This document shows positions 43,072 through 59,300 of a stretch of DNA of 64,000 bases, in pieces. This DNA is from Eledone cirrhosa. Taxonomy: Eukaryota. Each line of letters starts with the position of its first letter. Positions within the stretch are counted from its first letter, which is position 1. The translations under genes were made by a program, and so were the position numbers. The DNA lies in the NCBI GenBank assembly GCA_964016885.1, contig OZ024741.1, forward strand, positions 31,372,001 through 31,436,000, in the 5' to 3' direction. The notes under the pieces were generated by a model. That model saw only the letters and a list, made by a program, of their open reading frames with translations. It had not been told where the DNA came from and searched no databases.

Positions 43072-43656
43072 TATAGCCATGTCAATAGAATGAACACTTC
43101 ATTTTTGCTCTTATGCTGGCATGCGAACAGAACTGCAGTCACTAATGTTTCTGGGAATCACCCTTCATCAGTACAGCTCACTGTTCACCTGCCAAACTGT
43201 CAGAGCTAGTAAAAATATATGCTATTTTCAAAAATACACAGTGACTGATCGGCCTGATTTGCATATTAGCAGACTGGCTGATCAGTCAGATCTGCATATT
43301 AGCAGATCCACCGATCAGCCAGATTTGCATATCAGCAGAATTTGGCAAAGCCGGCCATTTATCACTCGTATACAGGAAACTGACTTGCTAGTCTGCTGAT
43401 ATGCAAATCTGGCTGATCAGTGGATCTGCTAATATGCAAATCTGACTGATCAGCCAGTCTGCTAATATGCAAATTAGGCCGATCGGTCACACTATTTTGA
43501 AAGTAGCATATATTTTTACTAGCTCTGACAGTTTGGCAGGTGAACAGTGCGCTGTACTGATGAAGGGTGATACCCAGAAACAATAGCGGCTGCAGTCCTG
43601 TTCGCATGCCAACATAAGAGCAAGAATGAAGTGTTCATTCTCCTGACATGGCTATA
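43072..43656. mobile_element. Fold-back element with ~265-bp arms, each with three 33-bp repeats and an outward-facing HHR-like motif
   Basis: Arms 43072-43339 and 43392-43656. HHR-like CTGTA-CTGATGA-A GGG..CCC A-GAAAC..C-TGCAG at 43130-43179 (-) and 43552-43595 (+); U16.1 is altered in both. Confidence 0.8.
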
Positions 43657-44105
43657 TATATATATATACACATATATATATATTATAAGAAATGAAATGA
43701 GCTGTGTTGTTACTGTAAACAAAGTTTAAGATGGTAGTATGGACGAAACAAGAGAAGAAATCCTTCATCAGTTGTAAACCGATATCATAGATGTTTCGGC
43801 GCTTAATACAGGAAGCTAAAAGCGATCAGCAGCGCGCCCAAGGCCTTTTATCGATCAAAAGGCCAGGAGGGAAAGAAAAGAAAAAAGAAGAAAAAGGAGA
43901 AAAGTAGTGAGGAGAGAGGAACAAAGAGAAAAATAGGTAAACAGACCAAATGGTGAGGGGCCACAGGACGGTGGAACAGGACAATGGAACATGCAAGTGA
44001 GTAACCGAGGAAAAAATAGGACAGAAAGTTATAGCGAACCGATTAGACTTAAGTCTGGGGTGCGATAACAGGAGCCTAGTGGTACGGTGCCATCTCAATC
44101 GAAAT

Positions 44106-44186
<81 letters not shown>

Positions 44187-44298
44187 GAAAGAGAGAGAGA
44201 CAGTGTAACCGGAAGTGAGAATGAGAAGAGAAAGGAAGATAATCCAAAAGAGTTTTACGACAGTTGTAAAACGTGTCGTAAACGATCGAAAAGGAGCA

Positions 44299-44378
<80 letters not shown>

Positions 44379-44519
44379 AGTACATCATATATATGTACAC
44401 CATATATATATATATATATATAAGTACATCATATATATGTACACCATATATATATAGATATATATATATATATATATATATATATCTTTATATATATAAG
44501 TACATCATATATATGTACA

Positions 44520-44604
<85 letters not shown>

Positions 44605-44866
44605 CTCACATATTTGTGTGGTGTGCGTGCTTATGCGCTTATGTATACATGTTCGTGTTTCTCATTATTGTTATAAACATCAAAAATCAGATGATGTAAT
44701 TCTGTTAATGCTCCATAACGTATCCTGTCTCGACCAATGTTAATTGATAAAACAAGTTCAAGTGTAAATATGTACTGCGGATATGTTCGAATAAGAAACG
44801 TAAACAACGTACATACCAATGTCACAGCCCAATGTCAGTGATTAGTAAAAGAGTGAAGGATTACTT

Positions 44867-45026
<160 letters not shown>

Positions 45027-45286
45027 TATATATATATATATACAGATATATAGATATATATATATACAGATATATATATATATATACAAGTGGAAGCTTA
45101 GTAGAATCGAAGCTTTGGCTGTGGCCAAGCAAAGTCGACCTACAATAAGGAATGAGTAGCAAAGCACTCAATAAGAGTAGCTGCTTAGAGTAATAACATT
45201 ACGTTTAAATAGCTTGACAAATTGAAAATTGCGGTAGGCAAAACCCAACCACACAATGCCAAAACATTGAAAGAAATAATCAGGTT

Positions 45287-47908
<2,622 letters not shown>

Positions 47909-48380
47909 GGCTTTCCAAAAATAAATGTAGTGTGTGTATGTGAATGTGTCTGTTGACACCTGGAATATAGCTTAAGAGAAATATGACAATAATGATAGAC
48001 ACCCAATATTTTGAACTGGTTTATAGAATTCTCTTTGCCTTTGTCACTGTAAGTAGAGCTTTAAAGAATTAGCTTTTAAAGAATTTACCTTTTCTTTAAA
48101 TCCATCAACCATGACAGACCCACAACCACCTTATAGACACCTGAAATATAGGCATTGTTAGCTTAAGAGAAACTTAAAAATAAGGAGTGGCACCCCATTC
48201 TGAACCTGTTTATAGAATCCTTTCTGCCTTTGTCACTCTAAATATAAACTATAGACTTAAAGAATTAGCTTTTAATGAATTCCCTTTTCTTTCAACCAAT
48301 TACCTCCACCCATCCCACTCCCCACCCTCTCCTTCCACCTGAAAAGATATAAATACCACTACATTTATTTTTGGAAAGCC

Positions 48381-48431
48381 AGATTCCTGATGATTTCTAA
48401 AGAATGAAACAGTTCTAGTCCTGTAGAATCT
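48381..48431 (+). ncRNA. Type I hammerhead ribozyme, right arm of fold-back
   Basis: AGATTC-CTGATGA-TTTCTAAAGAAT-GAA-ACAG ttctagtc CTGT-A-GAATCT; downstream tail homologous to the reverse complement of 20094-20160. Confidence 0.85.
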
Positions 48432-48516
48432 CATCTATATTAAAACTTTTATACTGTGCTATGTATTGAGTACCTTACTTACTGTGGTTACCTCCGATTC
48501 AACTCGGAATAACTTA

Positions 48517-48646
<130 letters not shown>

Positions 48647-49025
48647 ATATATATAAGAGAGTATTGAAGTTTGCTTGAAGCATTGTGGAACAATAAGTAA
48701 ATATCTTTAAGTTGTTTGGAAGCCTCGACAATGCAAATGGGTAAATCTCCGGATAACAAGGTCCGGCGGTGGAGAGAGAGATGTAAGTGGGTGTACGTTG
48801 AGATGCGTGGTGTGTATAAGATGTGTGAGATGTGTAGAATGAAGGGAAGAGTATAAAGGATAAAAATAAAAATAACAACACAAGAGAGAGTTACCCTGGG
48901 AGAGATTTAATAGTCCCTATATATTTCGGATTCACATCCATCAACTGGGGTTTTTTCCGGGGTGGGGGAAAAGGTTGTCTGTCGGACAAGTCCGGAGCGC
49001 GTCTTTCGCTGTTTGTTGTTTTGAA

Positions 49026-49084
<59 letters not shown>

Positions 49085-49129
49085 GGGGGGGGGGGACTGT
49101 ATCTGTGTGTATACATATATATTTGTTTA

Positions 49130-49460
49130 GAAAGCTTTTTGATATGAAATCGAGTGTCGAAACAAATATTGTTATACTTTGGGATAAAATGGCGTAGACT
49201 TTACAACACAATGGGAGGAAACATATTAATACTACTGATGATGTCGCAGATGTGTGACGAAAGAATTTTGACTATATATATTTATATCTGTATATTTAAC
49301 CGCTGGTCAATCAATGATAAATATTGATTGCCAAATAAATTAACTATGGAGATATAAAAAATACAGAAGCGAAAACCAACCCAAACCAAACAATGAGTGT
49401 GTTCTGTTATTATTTGTGGCAATATTATAACAATATGACCCTCCCTAAATATAACAACAT
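49130..49460 (+). mobile_element. PLE pLTR remnant with short inverted 3'-end copy and decayed HHR (49235-49272)
   Basis: CTGATGA-T GTCGC..GTGAC-GAAAGAA; matches the 27860-28107 and 56310-56561 family. Confidence 0.65.
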
Positions 49461-49879
49461 GTGTAAATATGTATATACATGTGTGCATGTGTATATTATG
49501 TATATATGTATATATGTATATACATGTATGCATGTGTATGTATATGTGCGGGGACATAGAAATAATCGGGCTGGATACCCGATCGTGCGTTTAAACCACC
49601 GGGAGTGAAGGACCCCTAGACTTCTCGGAAAAGGCAACTCAGGAAACTGGGATAACCCCGACATAATATCAGTGGCTCATTAGTTACCGATGATGTTGAT
49701 CTTTTCTTCTTTTCGGGTTATAGCTACTGTTGCTCAGAGAGTGGGATTGGCTCAGTGTACAGTCTTTCCTCACTATAAAAACATCTTCACGCACAGGCAT
49801 TGCACGATAGCATTAATCAATAATTATCATTAATGTTATATCGTGCAATGGCCATACTCGATAACGTGAGGGCTGCCAT

Positions 49880-49916
<37 letters not shown>

Positions 49917-49920
<4 letters not shown>

Positions 49921-51875
49921 GCGGAACACTGGAAGGTAATATCCGTAGTGGTAGAGCACTCAGTCCAAGGGACGAGTTAGGTAGAAGTGGTTACACAACA
50001 GTTAGAGTTCACCATACCGAGAACAATTGTTTCACTTTCGCGGATCTCAGATCGGGATGTGTATGGTTATAGGAACAGGAAGGACAACCGTACGAACGCG
50101 CATGCGCAGAAACTCGGTCACTTCACACGGGCAATACTAGACTGCGTACGGGAGGTGTAAGGGAGATAACTGCGAAAATCCGGAAAGTTTTTAGGTTGAA
50201 AATAAAATTAAAAAAAATAAAAATAAAATTACAAAAAATCAGTCCGGAGCCTTTTAGTTATGCAATAGATGTTTGGTGACGTGTGGACAACGTGTGAAAA
50301 ATTAACTTCTCGTGTTTAGGCAATCACTATTGCGTAATCTCTTTAGGATAGTTATTCGTTCGTCAATACATAAGCCACACGTCGGATTTCCCCTTGCGTA
50401 TGGCTTGGACTTAGTGATGGCTTTCCATTGAATGGAGTACACTATACTTGAGTCCTTGAGAGACCTTACGTGACTCGCGAGTTTCGTGGATGAACGTCTG
50501 TCCGGGTATCTGAAGGTAGACTGGTGGTTCAGGAAACGCTCCTTGAAACGGCCCTCCGCCATGCCCACATAGAATTTGACCTCCTGTGGTTCGTTTGGTC
50601 GGTTGGAAGTGACCACAGCTTCATAGATTACAGCTGGTGTGTTGCATTGCTGTTGAAGGGGGCAAGCTTCAGGCTTACGGCAAGAGCACCCTTAACGCTA
50701 TTACTTCTAAATATAAGAAAGCTAACCCTATGGCCTACCACGACATTAATACAGAAGCCAAGGAACTCGCCACCGATCTTAAGGTAGATAAGAAGCTACA
50801 ATCTCTAGCTAAGTGGGAGCCGTTCCTCAACCTGAAACCCCACATGTAGACTAATAAACCCGGCATGCACAGATATGGGACTAGTCAGTAAGGCCATACT
50901 TAGAAACATAGTTAAGACCATTAGGACCAAGTCCAACCTGCCCTAGTGGGAGAACAGCGACTCCGTAATTAAGTGATTTAGCTCCTTAAAATCCCCAAAA
51001 GCGAAGTTCACACAGTTTGACATTGTCGATTTTTACCCGTCGATCTCAGAGACCCTGTTAAACAAAGCGTTAGACTTCACTACCACTTATACCACCGTCG
51101 ATGGTTTAGACAGGGAAATCATCGCTCACTGCCGGAAAACCCTCCTCTTCAACGACGGAGTAGCCTGGGCAAAGAAGTCTACATCTTCCGACCTGTTCGA
51201 CGTCTCCATGGGATCGTTTGACAGTGCTGACGTATGTGACTTGGTTGGCCTTTTTATCTTAGACATATTACGTGTTAGATTCCCGGACTTCCACACGGCA
51301 ATGTACCGTGACGATGGACTGACTTTATCGAGCCATAAAAGTAGTCACGACCTCGCCCGGTTTAAAAAAGACTTAGCTTCTACCTTCAATGAGTTAGGCC
51401 TTAGGAAAACAGTAGCCACCAACCTCTCTAGCGTAGATTTCTTAGACATTAATTTAGACCTTCGCACACACACTCACAGACCCTTCCATAAGCTAAACGA
51501 GAAACTTAATTACATTCACAAGGACTCATGCCACCCTCCCACTGTTTTTAGAAACTTCGTTAAGAATATCAGTACTGGAATCTCAAACCACTCCTCTAAT
51601 AAGGCTATATTTGATAGGGCGGCACCCTACTATAACACGGCGTTGGCTAACAGCGGCTTCTCACAACCCATCACTTAGTCTCCCACTAGCAACAACACCA
51701 TTAAGAAAAGTAAGCGCATCAATAGACAAACTATCTGGTTCTCTCCTCCCACTCACGCAACGTTAAAACGAATGTAGGAAAAATGTCTAGCCCTCTTAGA
51801 TAGACACTTCCGCATAGGTCATAAATACCGCTCCATCTTTAACCGACACAAAGTTAAACTAGGATACTCCTGTTA
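49917..51875. mobile_element. Penelope-like element D (Naiad-like): GIY-YIG and 3' UTR on minus (49917-50633), RT inverted on plus (50640-51875)
   Basis: Minus: FYVGMAEGRFKER, CGLC, CLNTR. Plus: QFDIVDFYPSI, MGSFDSADVCDLVG, MYRDDG, FLDINLDL, WFSPP. Confidence 0.9.
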
Positions 51876-51889
51876 GAGAAGTAAGATAC

Positions 51890-52075
51890 TCCTGTTAGAG
51901 AAAAATAGAAAGGAGAGTGTGCTGGTAGATAAGTTAGACGAGACTATTTGTAGTGGCATTGCAACTGACGTGCTAGCGGCGAGAATGGCATTAGACCAAT
52001 GCAACACGAAGGTTGCATTGTCAGAGCTAAGGCGCGTGCGCTGAGAAACGAGGGAACCAAAGCTGTTCGATGGGC
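51890..52075 (+). mobile_element. Displaced, inverted Tx1 ORF2 fragment
   Basis: HEGCIVRAKARALRNEGTKAVRWA is homologous to HEGCIVRSKIRALGNEGTKAVRWA at ~28672-28743. Confidence 0.85.
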
Positions 52076-52127
52076 CTCCTGTGGTTCGTTTGGTCGGTTG
52101 GAAGTGACGACAGCTTCATAGATTACA

Positions 52128-55095
52128 GTTACTCTAATCTCTCTTTTGAGAGCCCTCACCATCTGTTGTTGATGATCCCCCCTGTCAACTTTTGCTTAAC
52201 TAAATTGTTGAATCGGTCCCTGTAAGCCTTACGTGCCGGAAATGACATGTTCAGCTTCCAGTAACCCGGTCCTAACCTACGCGTTTTATCTAGGTCGACC
52301 GAACAGATCACAAATTTGTCATCTGAATAGGCGACCGTTTTAAAAAGTGGGCAGCCTACACTATTTCTATCTATTTTCCTAATGAAGATCCTGTCTATAT
52401 ACGATCTAGATGACCCCATTCGGTTGGTCCATGTCCAGGCTGGCACATTGGGAAATCTAGTCGATACCTGTCAGACAGTTGGAACTGGCTGAGTAGGTGC
52501 TTGAGGCTTTTGCACCCCACGCTCCTATTGGCTACTCCCACACAATCCCAGCGTGCGTCTGAGATGCCATTCCAGTCCCCCGCTAACAGCAAAGGGCAAG
52601 ACGTACCCAGAAAGTCCAGTCGTCTGGCCCTGTAGGGGCGTAGACGGCCAGCAGTCTAAAAGTACCACTTTCGCTACTGCTCACATCCAAGACCACCAAC
52701 TTACCGTCCGGGTCCCGGAAGATCGACTTTACCTCGAGATCCAGTCCTTTCCGAAACAGCACTGCCCCACCACCATTTCCAGCGACCTGAGGTCGTTGAG
52801 CAGGCGACCCTGCTTCCATAGTGACTCCAGGCCGCGAACATTTAAACTTCCTACTCTTAATATGGCCATATTGGCAAGCTAAAAGAGAGAGGGAAGGTTT
52901 ACTTACCTCCCGGGGTCTTGTGAAGGTCGGGTAGTTCGACCTCCATGGTTTGGTGGGGTTTCTTTTAGGAACCCCTTTAAAAGTCTCGATGTGGGTTTCA
53001 CATTCGGAGTTCCCACGTCTTGAGGAAAGCTCTCTCGAATTTCTTTGAAGGAATCGAGTGACATTCGGACCAGAAGTAAACCTTCTGTCATGCAAAATGT
53101 GCTCATTTCAAAAATCTCCCCCTCTGTTTGAATGTCCTCGCTTCGTGCTAAGAGGGCCATCAGTTTATCGTTGGCCCTTCTGGCAAGCACGAAGTTTTTA
53201 ACATTTTGTTGCTGTGGTTTTATTTGTTTTCGTTTTGGTGACTGTGGTGGGGATGGTTTTGGTGGTGTTGTTTCGGGTATGTCTGTGTTAGTTGTAGGTG
53301 TGGTGTCTGCAATTTCAGGTATTTGTGTGTTTATTTGTACTTGTGTTTGTTTGGGTTGTTAGCGTTTCGGGGATTGTGGGGGTGGTGTCGATGTTGCTCT
53401 TGGTGCTGATGTTATTGGGGAAGTGTTTGCGTTAGTGGTGTCTGTATTTTTTGTTGTGTATGTGTTAGTGTTTTGTTGGTGGTTTTTTTTTTGTGAGTTT
53501 TCTCTGTTTTTGCACTTTTGGGTTTTCCTTCATCTTCGCTGCTGGAAGACAAAGGGTCTGTGGCTGTGAGTGTCTCTGTGTCTGTGTGTGCGTTTATTGT
53601 TTTGTCTATGTGTATATTGGGGGTGGGGGTGGGAGCTTTCCTCGTTTTCCCCTTGGATTGGTTTCGGTGATGGTGTTGGTCCGGCTGTTTTTGATGTTGG
53701 TGTCCGTGTCTTTGTTGGTGTTGTTTTTGGTAGTGGAGGTGCAGCTTTCCGTGCTGACACTGGCGTTGGCAACAAAAGAGGTTTGCGACCCCCTGCACTT
53801 TTGCGCTGAGGGCAGAAGGCTTGCAGATGCGTTGCTTCCCCGCAGACGAAGCAGTGTGGTTTTCTTCCCTCAGTGATTAGATGGATTGTTGTCCCGTCCT
53901 GCAGGCGGGAAAAATCCGGGATGTTGTTCATGTCCTCCGGTTTCATTTGGAGAAGAATCTCCAAATCCATTCCGGACCAGTCTTCTCTCTCTGTCCTTTT
54001 GATATCCAGGAGGGTAGTGTCTGTCCCCTCCTCGATTACGCATCTCAGCAGCCACCATATGTTCATTCCTGGTGGGATGCTGGGAATGCGGACCTTTACT
54101 GTCCTTTTACCCATGTAGGACGGGTGCATGATAATGCGTTCCGTTCTGCAAGGGGTCACCGAGTGCTTAATAGCAAGGGCCTCGGTTTTGAACAGTACCG
54201 AGATGGTACCGAACTGTTTGGCTCTTGCTTTATACTCTATGTCACTTCCGATGCACTCCAAAGCAGCCTCGACCTCTGCTTGGCTGGCAAGTCCCACTTT
54301 TCGTGTCTGCACCGAAATGCATCGAAAGTACACCGTCCTCCTTTGCATGGCCCCTAATGCCGCGTCCGGGATGGTCAGGTTTGTCCAGGACTTCTCCCGT
54401 TTAATTAGCCTCCACGCCTGGGCCAACTGTTCGTCTTTTTCGCTAATATCAATATCCAATAAGCGCTTTGTTTTTGATGCTGCTCCAGCAAATGTGGCGC
54501 CTCTGATGCTCTTGTTGTTGGTGTTGTTCTTGCTGTTGTTATTGGTGTTGTTGTTGTTTTGTTTGTTGTTGCTGTTGCCACCGCCATCCGTGTTTCCATT
54601 GAAGCTGTCGGTGTTATTGTCGTTGTTGCTCTGAGTTGTTGTTGTTGTGGTGGTGGTGATGGCGGTGGTGGCGGTGGCGGTGGTGATGTCGTTTTCAGAT
54701 GATACTGCTGCTAACACAGAAGGTTGTGATGGTAGCTTTTGAGTTTTGCCTTCACATTCAGTAGAGTGGACGACAGGCATGTCTATAGCCGTCGTAGTTG
54801 TGGTGAAATCTACAGTGGCTGCCTTTAAACTTTTGACCTGAACGTTGTTTACCGTTTCAAGGTCGAAAATGTTCATATTTTTGTGGGGTGGGGATTTATT
54901 TTCGAAGTTTTTAAAAGTAAATCTGAATATTTGGGCTTAAAGCCCGAATATTGAGAGGTATCACTCCCCTGAAACAAAGATGTGTACCTTATGTTTCGTT
55001 AACGACAAGAAAATACAAAAAATGATACTTTAAAACAGCTTAAAGTTACGAACCTTTTCCCCCGCAGATTTGAACTGTCTTCACACATGTGCGTC
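52128..55095 (-). mobile_element. Tx1-clade LINE 5' half: ORF1 (54876 to ~52903, frameshifted) and ORF2 APE endonuclease from 52869, 3'-truncated
   Basis: ORF1 CCHC knuckle CFVCGEATHLQAFC. ORF2 MAILRVGSLNVRG, VYAPT, AGDWN, WTW..SYIDRIF, SDDK, GPGYWKLN. Confidence 0.9.
53530..54876 (-). pseudogene. Tx1 ORF1 (gag-like, zinc knuckle), open for 448 aa
   Basis: ATG-initiated; CX2CX4HX4C motif; lies upstream of the APE ORF2. Confidence 0.8.
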
Positions 55096-55099
55096 CTAA

Positions 55100-56050
55100 T
55101 AATGTCCGTTTACAATTGTTTCGCTACTCCATATAATGTTTCTGGATCAAATGATTATAGATCATTATTGATCTGGTTCAGTTGAAGATAATTAGCATAG
55201 GTACAATTAGAGCAGCTCATCGGAACTTCAAAAGGAATATAAATTAAAATAAAGAAAGAATGTTAGATGAATGTAATGTTCCATATATTGGTATTTCACT
55301 ATGGTGTCCTGGGTATATCTATTGTCTGCCATAGTCGAGCAGTATTCTTCTGTCGAGCTGCATTGTGTGAGATCTGCCTATGGGTAACAAGATGGCCGCC
55401 AATGGACATATTTACTTTACTAATTAGAGGGTGGTTTCAGGGGAAGTAACTCCTCGAGAAATTAGAAATTGTGGGTAGTTTATAGTTAAGAAGTGCTAAT
55501 TTTTTAATTTAGAGACAATGTAAGGGAGGTAACTTATAATTATCTAAGTTAGCTATAACTATTTAACTATTTAACTATTTATTAGCTATAAGTAAAAATG
55601 GGACTAGATGACTATGTTGGGTCAAATATTCTGTTGGCGAAGGAATTAGCCCTTCAATGTTGACAGCTAATAGTTACCTCCGTTCTATCGTTAATCGGTA
55701 GAGGTCGTGATAGAGTTATGTAATATGCTTCGGTAAGACAGAGGTCACAAGAGTTTCTTCGTCCATTGAACGGTTGGGCCCTAGCCAAGATATCCCATGT
55801 TAGTGAGTGTTCAATATTGGTTAATTTAAGGTTTTTGATGAGCCTAGCTAGAGATGTCGAACATCTGTTGTTAGGGTCTCGGAAGGAAAAAGAGTGCGCG
55901 TTATAGCGTACCTTAAAAGGGTTAGAGGTAGACCCGATATAGGAGCTGGTATTCGAAGCAGTTTTAACCGGTTACCTATAGACTATGTTGGGTGTCAGGC
56001 AATGTCCATTTAGTGGACATGCATTAGGGTAATGGCATATTGCACATTGA
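55100..56050 (-). mobile_element. Penelope-like element E (Naiad-like): GIY-YIG remnant and 3' UTR, not in the ORF track
   Basis: Manual translation: CPLNGHCLTPNIVY..SYIGSTSNPFKVRYNAHSFSF..LTWDILARA..CDLCLTE..INDRTE..SCQH. Confidence 0.88.
55108..55226 (-). ncRNA. Type I hammerhead ribozyme, 94-nt stem II, U4C core variant
   Basis: GTT-CCGATGA-GCTGCTC..GAGTAGC-GAA-ACAATTGT-A-AAC. Confidence 0.75.
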
Positions 56051-56214
56051 GCACTGCCTTTATGCTTTGGCTTCTAACTAATTCACCAATCTCTCTTCTC
56101 CTCTCCAATCTCCATCGCTCTCTTTAAGATTGGTTACTCTTGAACTCTTTTACTCTTTTACTCTTTTACCTGTTTCAGCCATCCGGCTGAGGCCATGCTG
56201 GGGCACCGCCCTTG

Positions 56215-56309
<95 letters not shown>

Positions 56310-56313
<4 letters not shown>

Positions 56314-59300
56314 TGAATTTCTTTAGCAAGATTCTTTATCTGAAATCTTGTGTTGAAACCGATATTGTTATACTTTGGGAGGGTCATGTTGCTAATAAGA
56401 AACACACGCACCAGTTGCTTTCACTTCAATTTATTATAAAAAATTTATAATAAATTTATAAATTTATAAATTTCTGGTTGGTTGGTTGGTTCCACAACCA
56501 GATAGTTGTTTATATATTGTCATAGTTCTTTCGTCAGACACTCTGTGACCTCTTCAGTGACTGGGGATTCCTTTCTTTCTTTCTGTGCCTCTCCTTTGTT
56601 CTGTTCTACGCCATTTTGTTTCTGTGTATGTGTTGTGTGCTCAGTCTGCGCATGCGCCACATCCGGGTGTCTGTGTGCGTTTATGTTCATTTATTTATTT
56701 GTTTATTTACATGTTACTGGTTGGTTGTTTGTTCTATGTGTGTGTGTGTTTTCATTTTGTCCTTAATTGTAAGTTGTGATGTTGCTGTTCCACTCATATT
56801 TTCTATTTAATTTTGGTTGTAATTCTTTTATGTTTATTGCCTCTGTAATTTGTCTAAACATTGCGTCTTTTCTGTGTGTAGATTCTATTTTTATTTCTAT
56901 GTTCTCTAATTTACCCTTGTGTTCTATTTTAGCATGTTGGTAGAGTACAGATGATTCCTTACTATCTTGAAGGTCTCGCCAGTGTTCATTTATCCGTTCC
57001 CCTTCACTACGAGCTGTCTCACCTATGTACACTATATTTTTGTCTCTACATTGTCCTTCAGTACATCTTATGCTATACACTACATTTCTAGTTTTACAGT
57101 TAATATGGGGGCTTATTTTACAGGTTATACATTTCTTATCTATACATGAGGGTCTTTGAAAAGGGTATGCCTTGCTAATATGTGTTTTTACGGAGGTACC
57201 TGGTCTTTCTACTATCTTAATATTGAGTTTATGTTTATTTAGGGCCCTTCTAAATTTGTAAGCTAATTCACCTCTAGGGATTGTATCGATGAACATTACA
57301 CTCTGGTATTTATTGCTATCATACCATGAGTTTATTCTATTAGCCTTGTTCCTAGTTCTTTCTATTCTATTACAAAATTTGCTCCTATACAAGGGGCAGG
57401 TCCCATTTTTCCCCATTTGGTTCTGGCTCCTCTATACACTCTAATTTTATCTCTCTGATTGTAGCCAGAGAACTGCATACGGTGGATGAAGTGTTGTATG
57501 TGTCTCTCTAGTTCTTCGGGGTTGCACATGCGGGACACGTTTCTCATCACCCGTACCAAATCCGCAATCAGTATGTTGATTTTGGTATGGTCACAAACGG
57601 CCGAGTTTCGGTGGATCAGATGTTTGGAAGTCATGGGTTTGGCATAATGGGAATGGAGGATTTGTTTTTTGTTGTTAATGGTATCTAACCAGAGCTCTGT
57701 GTCTAGTACAGGTAATCGATGGTTGGGGTGTTTACTTGGGTAGTCTATAGTAACTGTAGTGCTCTGGTGAATGGAGTTAGCTATTTGCTGGATGCTTTCC
57801 ATTGTGTTTTTCTCTAGTTCCTGACTGTTCTCTAGTGGGGGTGTCTTAACTACGATGATTATATCATCAACGTAGCGGGAGTACATTATCAGGGTTAAGG
57901 GGTCTTCTAATTGTTCTCTAAGTTTAAGTTTAAGTCTACTGTGCCACCATACCATGAATAAGTTAGCTATGTCGCCTGCAATGTTAACACCAATGGCTGC
58001 TCCTTCCTCTTTGGCATATGTTTTTCCATTAAATTTGAACATATGTTCCTTAAGGGTTAGTTTTATGCTGGCCCCTACCGCATGTGCAATCATTTTCTTC
58101 AGTTCATCGTGGTTTTCGGGTGTCCGTATGGCTCTGGTCCACCCGTTTCATCTATCTGTGTGGGTTTTCTTGGCCATTGAGGTAATGGTAGGTGGTCTGC
58201 CTCTTGCTGGTCTTGTAGGGCACAGGTTGCTAAGGTCATATGTGTCTAGGTAATTATTACTATAGGTAAGTTTTAAGTAGGAGTCCCAGCTCACTGGTAT
58301 CAATCCCACGGAACTCAACATTGCTCTCACTGATCATTTCTACGCATTTCTCCACAGCAAAATCCACGTCAATAGATGGATACAGGGACACAACATCCAT
58401 ACTACCTATTATGCAGTTTATTAGGTCCCTAGATCGGTTACTCACGCCGATTCTGCTGAGGAGGTCCTCCGTGCTGTCACATACATCTGGGGACATTTCA
58501 ATGATGGGGCGTATGATTAGGGAGAGGAAGTAGGACAGTCTGTAGTTACTAGCAATGTTAGCTCCACAGACTGGCCGTGTTGGTGGTCCCGCGACAGGGT
58601 CACTGCCCGTTTTATGGTCTTTTCGAAGCCCATACAACGCCGGCACGTCATTGTTCCAGGCCTGGAAGTTGTTGGCAGTCCTTTTGTTGGGCTGTATTAT
58701 ATTCGTCCACATAACCATATGGGCATTGAGGGCTTTTTCTCTATCCTCATGCTCCTGTGGTGTTACCTCTCTTGTGTTAGTGATGTGGGGTTGCATTGCC
58801 TGGATGTAGTTTGGCAGGCTGTCAACCGACATTCTGCCAGACTTGTCGGTTGGAAAGCATGCTATCTCTCCATTACGCGAGCACTGCATGAGCTTACGCA
58901 AGCCATTTGCGGATTTTTCTCCCAGTTGCTGGGCCTCCATTCTATTATGCTTCTTGCTATACTGTTCTATAATATTTCTAAGTTCGGATCTAGCTATACT
59001 AAATTGTGCTTCTGTTTGTTCATCGACCTGCGACGGCAATTGCGTGCGTTTGTTGAATGGTAAAGTCGTGTAGTGGACTCGTCGCAGGTCGAACGATTTA
59101 TCGGAGGGATTATAAAACGTAGAGTTCCAGGCTGCTGCTTTATGTGTACTAGTGCTATTGTTATTGTTAGTTGTGTTGTTTCTATTTCTATTTCCACCAA
59201 CAGCCTCATGGTTGTTTCTATGTCTCTCATAATTACTCCTCTCTCTTTCCACTGGCTCATTGTTGTTATCTACCCTATTTTGTGTGTCTGTGTGTTCGTC

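Noticed and set aside
50017-50055. HHR in the PLE D 3' UTR (CCGAT-CTGAGA..GAAACAATTGT-T-CTCGG)
   Set aside because: Right position and palindromic stem III, but the core is one base short and stem II is poor; treated as a remnant only.
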